Shown here piece after piece: positions 18,947-29,224 of a DNA stretch of 63,695 nucleotides (positions are counted from its first letter, which is position 1; each line of letters begins with the position of its first letter). Origin of the DNA: Candidatus Bathyarchaeota archaeon (GTDB taxonomy: Archaea > Thermoproteota > Bathyarchaeia > Bathyarchaeales > Bathycorpusculaceae); NCBI GenBank assembly GCA_963827165.1, contig CAWGZR010000013.1, forward strand, positions 1-63,695. Direction: 5' to 3'. The notes beneath the pieces are model-generated. The model made no database searches. It had not been told where the DNA came from and saw only the letters and a list, made by a program, of their open reading frames with translations. The translations under genes were made by a program, and so were the position numbers.

Positions 18947-19506
18947 AAGATCAAAAAAGAGTTAGAACGGAGGAAGGCTGATTAGCAGGGCGAAACAAGA
19001 AGTTGATTGCAAGCTTGAACGCTAACAAATAACGATACTCAAACGTCAACATCCGTGCAATCAGAGTTACTCAGACGGCACCGAATGCATAATCTCAATT
19101 ATTCACCCGCTTTAAAAAAGAGACCCACAATCTTCGGGTTCAGATCCATAGAAACTTAAACTGGTTCAGGCTCGAATCTCTTAATGAATTTCTTATTTTA
19201 TTCTTCAAAATTGACGGGATTTCGGGTTTCGTGGTCCTCTTTTATGTGCCATCTATAATGCCGTCCGCAACTTTTGGATGAAGGGGGCGAAGAACGAAGG
19301 AGCCTGAGCGATGACTCACCTAAATTTCAGCGGACAAGCTATAGCAACACTTTTAAAAAAACTATCTCGATTACGCTCCCATTGGCACGCACAAAACATA
19401 AATGCAAACCAGCCACTAAGCGCAAGGCCAATTTAGAACGCTTCGCCTCGAAGATATTCATTCATATTGGACATCTTTTTTTCAACAAGAGATACTTACT
19501 TTACAC

Positions 19507-19983
19507 ATGGTTAGCTTAAATTTAAAAGCGTTATTTTGTAAATCAACTTTAATGAATAATGTTTCGGAGGTTAAATTTTTGATAAACGACAAAACTATTG
19601 TGGAAAAAAACCTGAACAAGTTTGATGAATTGGATTTTGAAGCATGGAATAAGAAGGATTGGAAACTATTCAATGAAATTCATGCCCCAGATGTGCTTGT
19701 TGTGATGGCAGACGGAACCACAACTAAAGGAATTGAAGCCCACAACGACGCAGTAAAGCCGTTCCTGAAAATGGTGGACTTACAAATTACGGAGCACCCC
19801 GTTAAAATTGGGCAAGGTGAATGGACAGCCGTCACAGGAGAAACCGTCATTACTTTACCAAATGGCAAGGCAATCAAAGGTTCAATGTGCACTATAGCGC
19901 ATTGGAAAGATGGCCGCATCGTTGAAGAATACATATTCCAAGATACTGGACCCTTAATGAAAATGCTCAATACGCAACCATAG
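19507..19983 (+). CDS. SnoaL-like ester cyclase (true start probably near 19579)
   Basis: 'FDELDFEAWN..DW..F...HAPDV' and 'WKDGRIVEE'. Confidence 0.8.
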   Translation: MVSLNLKALFCKSTLMNNVSEVKFLINDKTIVEKNLNKFDELDFEAWNKKDWKLFNEIHAPDVLVVMADGTTTKGIEAHNDAVKPFLKMVDLQITEHPVKIGQGEWTAVTGETVITLPNGKAIKGSMCTIAHWKDGRIVEEYIFQDTGPLMKMLNTQP

Positions 19984-19986
19984 ATT

Positions 19987-20433
19987 ATGGGCGAAGCAGG
20001 GACAGTGGACTTATTGGAAACAAATTATGTAAAAGTTGCCATCAAATCTGAGATTCCGGTCGGTAAAATGAAACACATAGAAGTTAATGAAAAAGAAATA
20101 ATGATAGCTAACGTTGAGGGCAAGTTCTACGCAATCAGCGATAGATGCGGTCACGAGAATGCTAGACTCTCCACGGGCACGCTAACTAACACAATTGTTA
20201 TTTGCCCTTTTCATTATTCAAGATTTGACGTAACCACAGGAAAATTAATCTCTGGACCTATCCTGGAGGGCAGCGAGGCTGCTAACATATTAGCCAAGGT
20301 TCCCGAAGAAGCAAAAAAAGGCTTGACGCAAATGCTTAAGCATACAGGCGAAAATCAGAGTTTAATCAAAACTTACGATCTACCAGTTTACAAAGTAAAA
20401 GTAGATGGTAACGACTTGCTTGTTCAACTTTAA
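19987..20433 (+). CDS. Rieske 2Fe-2S ferredoxin
   Basis: CGH...CPFH motifs. Confidence 0.9.
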   Translation: MGEAGTVDLLETNYVKVAIKSEIPVGKMKHIEVNEKEIMIANVEGKFYAISDRCGHENARLSTGTLTNTIVICPFHYSRFDVTTGKLISGPILEGSEAANILAKVPEEAKKGLTQMLKHTGENQSLIKTYDLPVYKVKVDGNDLLVQL

Positions 20434-20502
20434 GATTTTTTTGAGCTTTGAAAGATGATAAAGTAATTTGGAGTCTAAAATTAAAAGGAAGGCTAAAATT
20501 CA

Positions 20503-21210
20503 ATGAAAGACGGCGAGAAAGATCCGAAAATAATGATTACAAAAGACGGACCCTACCTGGTTTCGGGAAACCTGCCCATAGATAAGCAGATCATAGCAAC
20601 CGGGAACGATGGTGAGCCTGAAAAATGGCTTAAAGGCAAAAATGTGCCCTCCAATCAGCCCTGTGTACTCTGTCGTTGCGGAGAATCAAACAACAAACCG
20701 TTCTGCGATGGAACACACACAAAAATTGATTTTGACGGGACTGAAACCGCAGTCAAAAAACCCCATGAGAAGCAAGCGCAGGTCATTGACGGCCCTACAT
20801 TGCGACTTAAGGATGCGTCTGCGTTGTGTGCTGGCGCTAGATTTTGCCACAGAGGTGGAGGTACTTGGGGATTAACGCATCAGTCTGATGACCCTAAAGC
20901 CAGCGAGTTAGCCGTTGAAGAAGCATGCCAGTGTCCTTCAGGTAGGCTCGTAGAAAGCGACAAGAAAACAGGGAAAGTTTTCGAGAAAGAGTTTAAACGG
21001 TCAATAAGTCTTGTGGAGGATCCGCAGAATAAAGTGAGCGGTCCAATTTGGCTCAAGGGCCGTATACCTGTGGAGTGTTCTGATGGAACTACATATGAAG
21101 TTCGGAATCGTCAAACCCTTTGTCGATGCGGTAAATCCCAGAATAAGCCATTCTGTGATGGGTCCCATATAGATGAAGGATTCAACGACGGCGACGAATC
21201 CTTGAAATAA
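20503..21210 (+). CDS. CDGSH iron-sulfur domain protein
   Basis: Two LCRCG.S.NKPFCDG[TS]H motifs flanking a CAGARFC...CPSG ferredoxin-like domain. Confidence 0.9.
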   Translation: MKDGEKDPKIMITKDGPYLVSGNLPIDKQIIATGNDGEPEKWLKGKNVPSNQPCVLCRCGESNNKPFCDGTHTKIDFDGTETAVKKPHEKQAQVIDGPTLRLKDASALCAGARFCHRGGGTWGLTHQSDDPKASELAVEEACQCPSGRLVESDKKTGKVFEKEFKRSISLVEDPQNKVSGPIWLKGRIPVECSDGTTYEVRNRQTLCRCGKSQNKPFCDGSHIDEGFNDGDESLK

Positions 21211-21374
21211 AAAAATTAGGGTGCATATAGAAAAAGATAAGGCTTGAGGTTCTTAATGATTTTCAGTAAGATCCTTAACTGGAATCGTCGTCTCCAACCT
21301 CCCTCAGGCCTTCGGGGTTTTCAAGGAAAACCAATTTCCTTCCAAGAAAAAACCCCGCTTTTTGGACTAGATTT

Positions 21375-21815
21375 TTACTTCGGCGGAAATTTAGCGTTTA
21401 TTGCCTTGTAGAATGTGTCGTCATTCCCAAACCCCACAATGTTTCGCAGAGGATTAGGCTTAGGCAGCCCATACCATTTCATGTTCCATTCAGCCATTGC
21501 TTCCAAAGCCCTTACCAAATCCACACCCTTCTCGGTAAGAGAATATTTAGTGTATGGCGGTGAAGCATTCTCTATCTCTTTCCTAACAATTCCATTCTCA
21601 ACAAGCTTTGCAAGTTTAGAAGACAGCGTTCTTGAACTGATCGGTCTTAATTTTTCCATCAACTGATTAAATCTAAGGGGACTCTCCTCAAACGCGAGGT
21701 TGCCAAGTACATGAAGGCTCCATTTGTCCCCCACAATGACTACGGTTCGATCAACCAATTGTTTTTTGGTTTCTTTATTCAAACTATGATAATCAACTGC
21801 AGCCATTAAAATCAC
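21375..21815 (-). CDS. HxlR-family wHTH regulator
   Basis: GDKWSL, RFNQL, ISSRTLS, YSLTEKG. Confidence 0.9.
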   Translation of the reverse strand: MILMAAVDYHSLNKETKKQLVDRTVVIVGDKWSLHVLGNLAFEESPLRFNQLMEKLRPISSRTLSSKLAKLVENGIVRKEIENASPPYTKYSLTEKGVDLVRALEAMAEWNMKWYGLPKPNPLRNIVGFGNDDTFYKAINAKFPPK

Positions 21816-21981
21816 TCAGAAGCTACCATTTCTAAAACTATCCGCTTTAATAAGTAAAGTATGTAGCTATTAATAAAGTAAATTCCATTAAAAACAGCTT
21901 CTTTCTCATAAATTATTTACTTTGTTATAGGTTATGGAAACCTTAAGTATTTTTTTTCGGTCGTACGATAAATAAAAATGA

Positions 21982-22647
21982 TTGGAGAAAAAAGTTATGA
22001 CAAGTTTTCCCGTAAGAGACCAAACAAATGACCATCTATTAACCCCTAAAAACTCAGTATTAGTTATCATTGACTACCAGCCAACTCAGGTAAATTCAAT
22101 TGTATCTATGGACCGACAGCTCCTTGTCGACAACATAGTTAGAGTGGCAACGACCGCCAAAATATTCGGTTTGCCCATTGTTTTGTCAACAGTTAACGTA
22201 AAAACAGGTTATAATCAGCCCACAATTCCCCCAATTAAAAAAGTGCTCCCTCAACAATTGGAACTTGATAGAACACAAATCAACGCCTGGGAAGATAAGG
22301 ACTTCAACGAAGCAGTAAAAGCGACTAAACGTAAAAAACTGGTTATGTGCGCCTTATGGACAGAAGCATGCCTGACTTTTCCAGGTCTTGATGCTTTGAA
22401 AGAAGGTTACGAAGTCTATCCAGTTGTCGATGCTGTAGGAGGAACATCAGTAATTGCACACGAGACTGCCCTGCAACGCTTAGCCCAAGCTGGCAGCCAA
22501 AACATTTCGTGGGCCCAATTTGCTTGTGAATTGCAACGAGACTGGAACCGGCTTGCTACAGCGAAAGAGTTTTCGGAGATTTTTACTGCGCCAAACTCAC
22601 CACTTGTAAAAGACGCTCAGCAAAGGGGAAAAATCACCTTTAATTAA
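21982..22647 (+). CDS. Isochorismatase-family hydrolase (YcaC-like)
   Basis: IDYQP, INAWED, LWTEAC, ELQRDW. Confidence 0.9.
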   Translation: MEKKVMTSFPVRDQTNDHLLTPKNSVLVIIDYQPTQVNSIVSMDRQLLVDNIVRVATTAKIFGLPIVLSTVNVKTGYNQPTIPPIKKVLPQQLELDRTQINAWEDKDFNEAVKATKRKKLVMCALWTEACLTFPGLDALKEGYEVYPVVDAVGGTSVIAHETALQRLAQAGSQNISWAQFACELQRDWNRLATAKEFSEIFTAPNSPLVKDAQQRGKITFN

Positions 22648-22700
22648 CCCTCTACGGTCAGCTGTCGCAAAGTAATCTGCTGCTCATGTAAAAAGTAAAC

Positions 22701-23568
22701 TTAAACTTCCCTTTTCTTTAGTGTCCAAAAGCCTTTTTTTGCTTGATGAAGGTTCCTGAACTCCAACTCTTTGAAAGCCTCCTCTAATTCTTCCTCGGTG
22801 TTCATGACAATTGGCCCTCCCCAAGCTACAGGTTCACCTAACAGCGTCCCTGAAACAAACAAAAAACGACTATCATTCAACGAGGTTACCTTTGCTATAT
22901 CTCCTTCCCCTAAAACTGCGCATTGCGCCTGCAAGATCTGCCGTCCAGCAATATCCACAGAGCCTTCAACGACATATGCAAATACAGTGTTGTTTTTAGG
23001 AACTAAATGCTCAAATGATTTTTCAGCGGCCAATTCTACATCAAAATATTCAATGTCAACAGCTAAATCCTCAACTGGCCCTTTGGTGCCCTCAACAACT
23101 CCAGCAATTACTTTAACTTTTGCGCCCTTGGTTTGGACGACTGGGAATTTGCTTCTTTTCTATCCCTCGATAGTTGGGATCAATCATCTTTTTCTTTGCG
23201 GGTAAGTTTATCCAAAGTTGAAAGCCCTGCACCAGTCCGTTATTTTCCAGTGGCATTTCTTGATGAATTATACCTGAGCCAGCCGTCATCCATTGAACGT
23301 CTCCAGATTTGATTACGCCCTTATTACCCTTGCTATCCCCATGTTCAACTTCACCAGTCCACATGTAGGTGACTGTTTCAATTCCTCTATGAGGATGCCA
23401 AGGAAAGCCTTTGATGTAATCTTCCAGTTTGTCTGAACTAAAGTGGTCCAAAAGCAAGAAAGGATCAAGTGTAGAGTCATCATCGTTCCCCAAGACTCTG
23501 TTTAGCTTAACTCCTGCACCCTCAATAGTTGGTTTTCGGTTCAAAATCTTTTTTATCTGTCTATCCAA
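22701..23568 (-). CDS. Pirin family protein, frameshifted near 23145
   Basis: DPFLLLD, HPHRGIETVTY, QLWINLP; GGPIVMNT in a second frame. Confidence 0.9.
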
Positions 23569-23999
23569 AAAATCGCCTTACCATATTTACGACAGTATAC
23601 ATATATTTGTTATTCGGAAACCCCGAAAAAATCGGGAAAAATGGGATTAGCAAGATAGCCCAAGCTGTTTCATGAAGCTGGCAACATCATAGAATAGCCT
23701 TTCTTCGACAATTTCAAAATTCTTCCAGGTTCAACTGAACAAAATTCAAGGTTGCAGTCTTACCTGCTGGGTTAAAACATTTTTCGGTCTGCGCCTTTCA
23801 TTGTTTTTTTTATCTTCACTGTCTGCTCAGCGACGGTAACAGCATGGTTTTCATCGTCGAAATGCTATCTTGCAAAGAGTGTTAACCAACCGATTGCCAA
23901 AATTTTGAAGAATTCTGTCGTCCTTTTTTACTGGTAAATTGGGTCTGGGATCCCCCCCTTCAACTCGAATTTAAGACCTTGGAAGATTCAGACTCTTAC

Positions 24000-25646
24000 C
24001 AGACTGTGTGAAAAGTCTCCTTCTTTGCTTGCTATTTACCGTTAACCTTAAATCTAGACTAGCTTTAGAGCAACAGCAAGAGCTGGAAAGTCATGAGCGA
24101 ACATATAACGGGTCACTGCAGAAATCAGGGAGTTCTCTTCCCAAGCATGCTTGACAACTACGTCGACAAGGAAAACCCGGTACGGTTCATTGACGTTTTT
24201 ATCGATAGCCTCAACTTAGAGAAACTCGGATTCAAGCACTCAGTACTCGCAGACACGGGAAGACCATCTTATGATCCTTCAGACCTTCTCAAACTCTACG
24301 TTTACGGATACCTCAATCAAGTAAGATCAAGCCGCAAATTAGAGAAAGAATGCCATCGCAATGTCGAGGTCATGTGGCTCATGAAAAAGCTGGCTCCGGA
24401 CTTCAAAACCATAGCTGACTTCCGAAAGAATAACGTAGAATGCATCAAGGGAGTGTTCAAGGAATTTGTTTATCTTTGCAAAAGCCTGGACCTTTACGGT
24501 GCTCAGTTGATAGCGATTGATGGAACCAAATTTAGGGCCGTCAACTCAAGAAGCAACAATCTCAATGAGAAAACAGTCGCTCTAAGACTCAAGCAAACAG
24601 AAGAAAGAATAACCCAATACCTCAACGAACTGGATTACAACGATGCGTCCGATTTAGATGAAGAGGAAACCGTCAAGAGAAATGGGCTCAAAGAAAAGAT
24701 AAGCCAGCTGGAAGAGACGAAACAACAGTACGAGCATATTCAAGAGCAGATGAAGGCTACAGGCGAAAGAGAGGTTTCTCTTATAGATCCGGATAGCCGC
24801 TTGATGAGAGTAGATAGTCAGCGGCTTGAAGTCGGCTACAACATTCAAACGTCAGTTGACGCTAAACAGCATCTCATCGTTGATTATGACGTGATAAATA
24901 ACTCAACTGACCATCACCAACTTACTAAGAACGCGTTAGCAGCAAAGCAGACTTTGGGTGTAGATGAGCTTGATGTTTTGAGTGACAAGGGCTTCTATGT
25001 TGAGAAAGACGTTGCCGACTGTGAAGATAATGGCCTAACAGTTTTCATGCCTATTCCTGCTGCTTTTAATCCGTACAAAAGTGTCGGGGTTCCTGAACCC
25101 GAGTTCTACTCCGACCGATTTGTCTACAATGCAGCTAAGGATATGTATGTTTGTCCTGCTGGAGAGGATATGCCTTTTTGGAAGCGGAGTAATCGTGGAA
25201 AGGGTTTTGAGGGTAGGTTGTACCGGTCGAAGTGTTGTGCTTCTTGTTTGAAGCGAGGTAAGTGTACGAGGAATAAACGCGGACGTTACATGTTCAGAGG
25301 CAGATATGATGGCGCTGTTGATCGTCTCAGAGCTAGATTGGTGACTTCTGAAGGCAAAGAGAAGTGTCGTTTAAGAAGGACGATTGTTGAGCATCCGTTT
25401 GGAACCATAAAGCGTGCTTTCAATCAGGGCTATTTGCTTTTGAAGGGATTTAGGAAGGTTAAGGGAGAGGTTGGGTTTACGATGCTTGCTTACAACATGA
25501 GACGAGTCATCAACATTTTTGGTGTTGGAACGATAATAAATTTGATGAAGAAGTAAAAAAACAGAAAACAAGTAAAAGAGTCTTGCAAATAACAGTTCGG
25601 ATGCTAAATGCCTTTAGGAGTTAGCTACGAGTTTTGACACAGTCTG
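24000..25646 (+). mobile_element. IS1182-family insertion sequence, 1647 bp
   Basis: Left end CAGACTGTGTGAAAAGTC; right end reverse complement CAGACTGTGTCAAAACTC; TTAC duplicated at 23996-23999 and 25647-25650. Confidence 0.92.
24093..25556 (+). CDS. IS1182 DDE transposase
   Basis: GRPSYDP, SSRKLE, PDFKTIADFRK, IDGTK, DKGF, VEHPFGTIK. Confidence 0.95.
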   Translation: MSEHITGHCRNQGVLFPSMLDNYVDKENPVRFIDVFIDSLNLEKLGFKHSVLADTGRPSYDPSDLLKLYVYGYLNQVRSSRKLEKECHRNVEVMWLMKKLAPDFKTIADFRKNNVECIKGVFKEFVYLCKSLDLYGAQLIAIDGTKFRAVNSRSNNLNEKTVALRLKQTEERITQYLNELDYNDASDLDEEETVKRNGLKEKISQLEETKQQYEHIQEQMKATGEREVSLIDPDSRLMRVDSQRLEVGYNIQTSVDAKQHLIVDYDVINNSTDHHQLTKNALAAKQTLGVDELDVLSDKGFYVEKDVADCEDNGLTVFMPIPAAFNPYKSVGVPEPEFYSDRFVYNAAKDMYVCPAGEDMPFWKRSNRGKGFEGRLYRSKCCASCLKRGKCTRNKRGRYMFRGRYDGAVDRLRARLVTSEGKEKCRLRRTIVEHPFGTIKRAFNQGYLLLKGFRKVKGEVGFTMLAYNMRRVINIFGVGTIINLMKK

Positions 25647-25817
25647 TTACGGGGATGAGCCAGGTAGCGGTTAGAGCCATTTTGGGTTCAGAACTTTATA
25701 GACTCGTGATTTGCATTTCAGGTTCAAGTTTTTCACCTGCCTGAATCGCTTGTTTAGGCAAAGTTTTATCTGCTGTTTCCTCATCACTTGAGTTATCATA
25801 TTCATGGAGGCGAATTT

Positions 25818-25979
25818 ATGGCAAAATGTCCCAAATGTGGAAAAGAAGTAGCGCCGAAAAAGACTTGGAAGATGGCGGGCAGACCAGACAAAGCAGGAAA
25901 AAGGATGGAACTAACAATCGGCTTATGCGAGTGCTGCGGCAAAACCTTCAGAACAACAATCAGCAAACAGAAAATCTAA
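25818..25979 (+). CDS. Cren7-like small chromatin protein, Zn-ribbon variant
   Basis: KCPKCGKEVAPKKTWKMAG...IGLCECCGKTFR resembles the Cren7 'P.K.W....K....IGLF....GK.FR' pattern; GGAGG site. Confidence 0.65.
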   Translation: MAKCPKCGKEVAPKKTWKMAGRPDKAGKRMELTIGLCECCGKTFRTTISKQKI

Positions 25980-26260
25980 TTTTCTAAAGGTCATAAACCT
26001 CTTTTTTTTTCTTTTGAATTTAGCCTTTTTTTCGAAAAATATTAATTTAGATTAATCGTTAGGCACAGATATTGTCTTCCAACTCATATTCGTCGCCGCT
26101 GTAATTGTCCCATTTTTGCATTGTTAAGAATTACCCGAATTAACAAAGAGGCAGGTAAAAAATTTTATAGCGGGATCGACGACGGCTGCTTCAAAGCTTC
26201 TAATTGCTATAATCGCGTTAACTGCCTCTCGACACATCTTTTTTGCACTATTGATGCTTC

Positions 26261-26313
26261 GTCAAGAAATTTGGACTAAATCAAGTCAAAAAACTTTGAC
26301 GAGAAGCCTTTTA
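26261..26313 (+). promoter_or_regulatory. Conserved upstream element (two GTCAA-N6-TTGAC-like palindromes plus BRE/TATA), copy 1
   Basis: About 50-bp direct repeat of 29147-29199; both lie just upstream of surface-protein genes. Confidence 0.65.
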
Positions 26314-26338
26314 TTGAAAAATAAAGCCTACCATTAAC

Positions 26339-27637
26339 ATGAGCTCCATTAGCAAGACTCTATCGTTAATTCTTATTCTAGTAATGGTCTTCTCAATAGT
26401 AATAGTTATTGGCGCTAAACCTTTTGGTTTAGCTCAAAGTAGTACAAACGAAAGTGGCATAATTAGCTCCAACACTTCATGGACGCAAGCTGGCAGTCCT
26501 TATAATCTTATTGGAAATATTTCACTAAGCAGTGGTGTCACTTTGACAATAGACGCAGGCGCAAAAGTAAACCTCAACAGCTATTCCTTGACAGTTAATG
26601 GTGCTTTGATTGCAAAAGGCACAAGCACAAACAAGATACAAATAAACGGAATTAGTGGTGAAGGCCCATTTATGCCGCCACCTGCACCTAACCAATCTCC
26701 TTTTACTTATGGGATCAACTTTACAGCACTTAGCATTGGATATAATGCTCAAACTGGGTCTGGAAGCATAATCGAAAATGCAATCATAAACTCCACTACG
26801 ATGACTCTTGAAAGTTCACCAAAAATAGATGATGATATAATCAATGGCTACATCACATCGAATGGAACAGCATTAATTTCTAATAACCTTGTTGTAGGCG
26901 AAATAGACCTAACTGGACCATCAGCAGTTTTAAACAATAAAATAAATGGGACAGTTTCTGTTCAAACTGACGTCATAGGTGGTAGTCAAGACACTGACAA
27001 TCTGCAAGGAACACCTATAATTTCAAATAATACTATTACTGGAGGAGGTATTAACGGAATCGGAATCAGTTTCTTGACTGCATTTACGAATCACATTGTT
27101 ATCTCTGACAACACTATAATCAATTGTAATAATGCAGGCGTTGCGGCTGAAGGCATAGGGATAATTCAAAATAATCTTATTTTAAACAACCATGACGGTA
27201 TAGACATTGAAGGACAAAATACAGTAATCAATAACACAATAGAAAACAACTATATCGGAATTCAACAAATCAGCAATTTTCTGTCAAGTATCGTCTATAA
27301 TAACATCCAAAACAACTCTTACAATTTTTTCCTATATGCATCGGTCTCAGGAAATGTGAATGCAACATATAACTTCTGGGGCAGTACTAACCAAACAGCC
27401 ATCAGCACCTCAATCTATGACGCCAAAGATGATTCCAGTTTAGGAACGGTTAACTTCGTCCCATACTTAACTGCTCCTAACAGTCAATCAACTCCTTCTT
27501 CAACCTCTACCATACCAGAGTTCCCAACTTTAGCAATCTTAACATTGTTTCTCTCTATGCTCTCTGTTGCTGTGATACTTAGGCATCGAAAAAACCCCAA
27601 CTTAACTCCCGTGCTTCATAATGGGGCGTTAACTTGA
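26339..27637 (+). CDS. Right-handed beta-helix (NosD-like) surface protein with PEF-CTERM-like tail
   Basis: Signal peptide, 'I.NN.I' repeats, NFWG, IPEF + TM + RHRK. Confidence 0.85.
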   Translation: MSSISKTLSLILILVMVFSIVIVIGAKPFGLAQSSTNESGIISSNTSWTQAGSPYNLIGNISLSSGVTLTIDAGAKVNLNSYSLTVNGALIAKGTSTNKIQINGISGEGPFMPPPAPNQSPFTYGINFTALSIGYNAQTGSGSIIENAIINSTTMTLESSPKIDDDIINGYITSNGTALISNNLVVGEIDLTGPSAVLNNKINGTVSVQTDVIGGSQDTDNLQGTPIISNNTITGGGINGIGISFLTAFTNHIVISDNTIINCNNAGVAAEGIGIIQNNLILNNHDGIDIEGQNTVINNTIENNYIGIQQISNFLSSIVYNNIQNNSYNFFLYASVSGNVNATYNFWGSTNQTAISTSIYDAKDDSSLGTVNFVPYLTAPNSQSTPSSTSTIPEFPTLAILTLFLSMLSVAVILRHRKNPNLTPVLHNGALT

Positions 27638-28911
27638 ATGAACGATTAGCAATTGCATTGGTTGCCATTTTGTGTGTATCAATGTTCTCAGCTTTAGCGC
27701 TAACTGTGAACGCTCAATCTGCCGGGGACTGGCCAATGTATCAAGCTGACCCTTCGCACAGTGGCGTAGGTTCAGGTAACCCAGTGATTACTCCTTCACT
27801 CCTTTGGAAAACCAACCTGCATTCCAGCGACGCAGATAGCGTTTCTTCTTTTAATTCCCCAATTCTTGTGGACGGTGTAATTTACGTAGGTTTAGGCGGC
27901 GTTTACGCCGAGATTAGCGAATATGTACCCCCACTAACTTGGGGCGGCATCTATGCCCTCGGAGCCTCAAACGGCGCCATACTTTGGGATTACAAAGATA
28001 ACTCGTCTAGTGGCATTAACACGCCCGCTTTCGCCGACGGAGACATCTTTTTCGGCTCAAACAAATACGTTGGTGCGTTGAAGGCGTCTAATGGCGATTC
28101 AATTTGGAACAACACTGCCAATGGCGGTGAGTCCCCTGTTGTAGTTAACGGAGTTGTCTATGACAACGGCGGTAGCAGTGTTTACGCTTTAAACGCGACT
28201 AACGGCGCCCAAATCTGGACAAACGATATACCAGGCTTGTCAAATCCTGCTTTCTCAAACGGCGTCGTTTATACTTGTTCAATTAATGATAACGTCTATG
28301 CTTTAAACGCCACAAACGGCGACAATCTCTGGATTTATACAACTGGGAGTGAAGTCGAAACCTCTCCCTCTATTGTAAATGGAGTTGTCTATGTAGGATC
28401 CGATGACGGCAACGTGTATGCTTTGAACTCCACTACCGGCACTAAAACATGGAGTTACCCTACAGGCGACGATGTTGTTTCCTCTCCTGCTGTTGCCAAC
28501 GGTGTGGTCTATGTAGGCTCGAATAACGCCGACGTTTATGCTTTGAATGCTTCGACTGGAATCAAAATCTGGAGTTACTACACGGGCTACTCCGTTTATT
28601 CATCATCGCCTGCAATTGATAACGGCGTAGTCTACATAGGATCAGGCGATTTGAATGTTCATGCATTTAACGCTTCTTCAGGTACACAAATATGGAGTTA
28701 CCCGGTGACTGGGTTTGCAAGCTCTTTTGCGGTTGCCAACGGGGTAGTTTGCGTCGGAACTGGTAGTGTTGGGGAACTTCTTGTTTTTGGTACTTCGTCC
28801 ACATTCTTGTCTAACGCTTTTCTCATCATAATCGGTGTGGTAATAGCGGTCGCAATTGTTGCTATAGTGGCTGTCTTAATTTTTAAAAAGAGAATGAAAT
28901 TAACGCAATAA
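27634..28911 (+). CDS. PQQ-like (BamB-type) beta-propeller membrane protein
   Basis: DWPMY, repeats of 'SSPAV.NGVVYVGS...VYALNA.TG..IW', C-terminal TM. Confidence 0.9.
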   Translation: MNERLAIALVAILCVSMFSALALTVNAQSAGDWPMYQADPSHSGVGSGNPVITPSLLWKTNLHSSDADSVSSFNSPILVDGVIYVGLGGVYAEISEYVPPLTWGGIYALGASNGAILWDYKDNSSSGINTPAFADGDIFFGSNKYVGALKASNGDSIWNNTANGGESPVVVNGVVYDNGGSSVYALNATNGAQIWTNDIPGLSNPAFSNGVVYTCSINDNVYALNATNGDNLWIYTTGSEVETSPSIVNGVVYVGSDDGNVYALNSTTGTKTWSYPTGDDVVSSPAVANGVVYVGSNNADVYALNASTGIKIWSYYTGYSVYSSSPAIDNGVVYIGSGDLNVHAFNASSGTQIWSYPVTGFASSFAVANGVVCVGTGSVGELLVFGTSSTFLSNAFLIIIGVVIAVAIVAIVAVLIFKKRMKLTQ

Positions 28912-28929
28912 GTTGGCAACAAGGGCAGG

Positions 28930-29105
28930 CTTTAACGCCTACAATTTCGCCAATATCAACACAAGGAGACTCGCCTACTGCAGAACCTTCATCAACGCCT
29001 ACCGTTCCAGAATTTCCTTGGTTGGTGATTCTGCCCTTGCTTCTTTCTGTATTCTCGATTGCCGTGATAGTTTGGCATCGAAAAACCACTAATTTGAAAC
29101 AATAG
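28930..29105 (+). pseudogene. Orphan 3' end of a PEF-CTERM surface-protein gene
   Basis: ALTPTISPISTQGDSPTAEPSSTPTVPEFPWLVILPLLLSVFSIAVIVWHRKTTNLKQ*; no start codon or body. Confidence 0.8.
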
Positions 29106-29146
29106 AACTTTCCCACAGTCGGGTGCTAGTCAACCTCTCAATGATA

Positions 29147-29199
29147 GTCAAGAAATTTGGACTAAAATCAGTCAAGAAACCTTAACGAGAAGCCTTTTA
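29147..29199 (+). promoter_or_regulatory. Conserved upstream element, copy 2
   Basis: GTCAAGAAATTTGGACTAAAATCAGTCAAGAAACCTTAACGAGAAGCCTTTTA. Confidence 0.65.
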
Positions 29200-29224
29200 A
29201 CGTAAACCGTTTCCAAAGGTAAGC

